NCBI GenBank assembly: GCA_026026165.1
Contig: JAPEUD010000010.1
Coordinates: 62,001 to 126,000, forward strand
Length of the DNA: 64,000 nucleotides
Origin: Sarea resinae
Lineage: Eukaryota
Direction of reading: 5' to 3'
Shown here: piece after piece, positions 60,197-64,000 of the stretch
How positions within the stretch are numbered: position 1 is the stretch's first letter
How the letters are laid out: every line of letters starts with the position of its first letter
Translations under genes and position numbers: made by a program
Notes under the pieces: generated by a model
Seen by the model: the letters and a program-made list of their open reading frames with translations, nothing else
Told to the model about the DNA's origin: nothing
Databases searched by the model: none

Positions 60197-60979
60197 ATGT
60201 AGAAAGCATTTCACCGCCGTACTCGCTCAAAGTCTCTTGGCAGCAAGCGGGTGATATATGATCACCGTCGGGGAATTTGTTGAAAAGCTCTGACGAAAAC
60301 TGCAAATCGCCTTCTCAATGATCCGCCTGTCCTGCTTATCTGTACTATGCCTTCAGACAACTCGTACGTGTCGAGCATGTCCGGCAAAAGATTTCGTGGT
60401 CTCGGTGTAAAAAGGTCGCCCTCTGATCCTCGCCTGCGATTTTGTTGACTTGATAGTGTGCTCCTGCGGAGACTCCTTTGCTGCCGCTTGTCTCTTTTAC
60501 TCTTTCAGCGCTTCAAGAATTGTCCAAGAAAGGGTTAAATCACTCGCAGCTATATCGCCGACTCTGATACTTATTCAAAATTAAACGGCTCATTCGCCCC
60601 GATTAAGGCCCTTCTTCTACGCCTGTCGAAAATTCAAGGAGAAAATTCACCACGCACTTGACCGGGGAATCGGAAATAGAGGAAGTGATAAAACCTTGGA
60701 TGCCCAGCGCAACAGCGTGCTAAGAAAGTCTATAGAAGCTTGAAATGAGAAATGCTAGAAACAAGAATAAAGGGAAAGACGGTAAACCCAGATCCAACCG
60801 ATCGCCTTAGAACCACACTCCCTCATATGTAGATGTCGTATTACCAACAAAAGATAAATCGTCTGACCCATGATATGACTTTACCTACCATACCTCTCTG
60901 TTGGCTGGTTTCGCATGCGATTGATCATAGGTCTTCGCCGTCGCCGTCGCCGTCTTGGGTGGATGCCGCCTGGCGGCAC

Positions 60980-62418
60980 TCAACTTTCTTCTTCACCTTC
61001 CAGAAGGATGTACTCGAGGATGTCGCTCAAAGTCAAGACCCCCTTGAGACATCGAGCATCGTCTAAGACGACTAATCTGTGAACGCGAGACTTCCGGATA
61101 GTTTCAAATATGGTATCGAGTCGGTCGTGTATAGAGCACGTGTAGATTCCGGCGAAATCCTGAGACGTATGAGGTCATTGATTATCCCTCAGAGAATCGA
61201 TTCACTTACATCTGAACGCTTCAAAAGCGCTTCTCCTACACTGAGATTGAGATCTTCATAGACACCACCCTTGATCAACGTGATTACATCTACTGCTTCG
61301 TAAACGTTCAGAACGACACCTGATTACGCGTTAGTGCGGAACCAGTCTCGTCAGGAGAGCCTTACCGTTGCTGTCTACGATCGGAACGCTCGATATGCTT
61401 CTCTTGACAAGCATATGGATGACGTCCATTACAGGGCTATCCATATGAGCTGTTGCTAGGCCTTCGTACGATCCAAGGTTGAGGTCTTTTAAAGGCTTCC
61501 GAAGCATCTGAGTCTCCCTCACATTGACCGCAACAAATTTGAGGATGCGGTACTGGGTCACAACACTGACGACCATTTCGCGATTGGTCTCATCGTCGAC
61601 ATCGACCAGAGGTATTCGTCGCGCTCGCGATTCTAGCATTCGGCGACAGGCCTCGTACAGGGACTTGAGAGGGTTGATGGAGACGGTCTCGATTGGCTGC
61701 ACGCCAATTGCTTTCTCGATCTCTAGAGCCATGTGAGACAATGAAGACAGAAGATGACTAAAGACCGAATAAGCCTACCTCGAAGACTGTTCAGTCGGAA
61801 TTGGTCGACCTGGTTCAGTGCGTCAGGATTTTGCCAGTAGTATTGAATGACGTTGATATAATCCGAGGTGGTGAGGAGGCCTGCGAATGTCGATGTTTTC
61901 GAATCCCACAGCGGCGCCGATACGATGCCTGTGAACCCGGTGGAAGTCAGCGATACTGCGGTTTGGAACACGTGTAGCACCAGAAGAAGCTTACCGTTCT
62001 GGATCAGGATGTTAAGACTCTTCTTGACGAGCAATGCCGTGTCGAAGACGATGAGACGGAAACTGAGGGGGAGAACATCATAGCTCGTGCGGACCTTGAG
62101 GAAAGCTCGAATCGTACGCTATGGAGAATGATCTGTTAGTTGAGTCTCCTCAAGACGATAGCAACAGAGCAGGTTCTTTAAGGAACAGCGGAAAGAACTG
62201 GGCCGCGGAGCAGGAAGCCGATTGGGTTGTGTGCGTACCAGACCCTCAAGCTGTTCGCGATCCATGGCGCTCAGCGGCGGCGTCGAGCTGTCTGGTCGAG
62301 AGTGTGGGCGAGGCCGAAGGTAGGAGGACGGCTGCACGAAGCCCTCGTGACTTGCAGTGGGCGGGCCAGGCACGGTCGAGGGCGCTCGAACTTTGTCATC
62401 TCCCTCTGCTACAGACAT
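60980..62418 (-). CDS. SNF4: AMPK/Snf1 gamma subunit (CBS domains)
   Basis: [82 protein letters not shown]. Several introns. Confidence 0.96.
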
Positions 62419-62984
62419 GGCAACTTCTTGCTGCCCCAGATGGCCGCAGCATGGAAGGTCAAGAGTCAGCGGTAACCTGCTCCTGCGCACAAGCAAGGTG
62501 GGGAAAGATGGAAGGGATTGCAAGGAGCAAGATCGGGAATTGGGCGTATGCACTTGGTCGAGGTCGTCAAGCCCTGGTGCAGATCCAGGTCCGGCATCCA
62601 GACATGTCGTGCGATGGAAGTTCACCCAAGGTCGTAATGCCGCTTAGTGGGTGACGTGGGGCGGAAGATGAGAATCAGAGCGGGCGAGGGAGAGGGAGGG
62701 GTGCGGGAGGGAACGTGCGTCCGCTTCGGCGGCGCCGGGTAGGGGTATCTCATCACAACAATACTCATCGTAACGATCGAGGGATCTATCACAGGAAACG
62801 CCCACGGCGGAGCGACGGGTGCAGCCAGACTTCGGAGTCGGAATCTACGCAACAACATTTGCACGTGTGTACTCTGCCGCGAATGATCTTGTATCGATTC
62901 TAATTGAAGCTCCCTTCAATGAGCAGGCAAGAGGAGGCCCTTTACACGCGCAAAGTTACAAGTCGCAACTCGTCGAGCTGATAC

Positions 62985-63020
62985 GGTCATTCCTGGTCAT
63001 TCCTGGTCATTCCTGATCAT
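62985..63020 (+). repeat. Tandem 10-bp repeat (GGTCATTCCT)x3.6
   Basis: Direct read; upstream of SNF4. Confidence 0.85.
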
Positions 63021-64000
63021 ATGGCTCTCTGACCAGGACAATCGACTCAGAATAATATCCTTGAAGAGACAAAGGTGCCCAGCGCATTTTCTCTATTTCT
63101 CTGTCTTCGAACAATAAAACCAACCATCCACAGACGGTAACGAGGAGGCTCTCCTAGCCCAGCCCTAGAGGCCCTCTTCCTGGCATTTGCAATCATGAAG
63201 CGCACGTGAAGATCGGGTGTGTCTCGCTTAGCTTATTGTGAAGAGTTAGTCAGCTGGACGTCCATGGCCAAGGCTCGATGCTCCGAGTCAACCCCAAAGT
63301 CGGCAGTACTAGAACAATCAGGCAATGCTCGCAGATATTCTTAATCTTCTAGCATCTCGTTCCTCATGCCAAAGACCTTCTGTTCAGAGCTCTGCTTTCG
63401 ACCGCATCGACATGTGTCCATGGATTAATGTCAAAGTCATCGCGGGTCCGAGGTCGTGATTGATGACTGTGGCATGATCCACAATGCCTAGAGCGGTAAC
63501 AATGGCTTGGGCACCTGAAAGGCTCAGAACAAGCTGACCGAGATACTGTTCAGCTCTCTGCCGCAATCTCTGCTATTTCAGAACATGTCAATGTCCTTTC
63601 AATAGCATTTCGAAAAGACAGTCACTTCCTGTAGATTCTCCCCACCCCCTCTTCCTCTACTTTGCTATTTCAATGCCTGGCATTTCATTTGATCTCTCTC
63701 CTAGTGATGTAAAGATATTTTGGGCATGAGGGAGCTTCGTTCACTTGTGTCGTCTCGTTCATGCAGCTCCATAAGCTGTCACTACGGCGACATGGCTGGC
63801 TTTGCCTCGCCCTATCATAGCGTCCGTCCAGGTTCGAGGCTGTCAATCTCCCTGTGCCAGAGCGTTTCCTTCGCCGTGTTGATTTACATGCATTCGAGCA
63901 GACACATACACATGATCCATCAGGTTTCTGCCTGATGATTTCATCCTTCCTCCCGGTCACCTCATTGTTGCATACAAACAGCCTTAGCTGTCCTCGGCGC

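Noticed and set aside
59929..60198. Poly-proline ORF on the minus strand
   Set aside because: An artefact of the (GGC)11 repeat and the RIA1 antisense strand.
63020..64000. Short ORFs at the window end
   Set aside because: No recognisable homology or consistent exon structure.

Overview
Gene-dense stretch of a filamentous ascomycete (Pezizomycotina) nuclear chromosome. Evidence for this: short GT-AG introns with CTRAY branch sites and fungal-type orthologues. About 25 intron-containing or single-exon genes, mostly housekeeping, can be rebuilt by hand: Shg1 (partial), a complex I 14-kDa subunit, eIF2B-delta, a Pdr16-like CRAL-TRIO protein, POL12, APC13, RPS29, LAS1, TRS31, MFAP1, ALB1, a membrane-anchored USP, RFA3, an ATF/CREB bZIP, a GFA-family protein, SWD2, a WDR44-like protein, a conserved hypothetical protein, OHCU decarboxylase, an ADF-H-domain protein, a PQGY-rich vWA protein, VAC8, CSL4, RIA1/EFL1 and SNF4. 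I found no tRNA, rRNA, transposon or CRISPR array. Two things are not explained by these genes. (1) A ~170-200 nt multi-hairpin RNA-like element between LAS1 and TRS31, with a kink-turn/box C/D-type terminal motif, an A-box-like sequence at its 5' side, a T8 run and a downstream B box. It is a candidate Pol III-transcribed orphan snoRNA/ncRNA that I cannot assign to a family. (2) GTAC-rich intergenic islands carrying an exact 10-mer TACGAAGTAC at nine non-coding sites, plus TACC(T) repeats whose strand often matches the nearby gene. All calls come from reading by eye; no searches were run.
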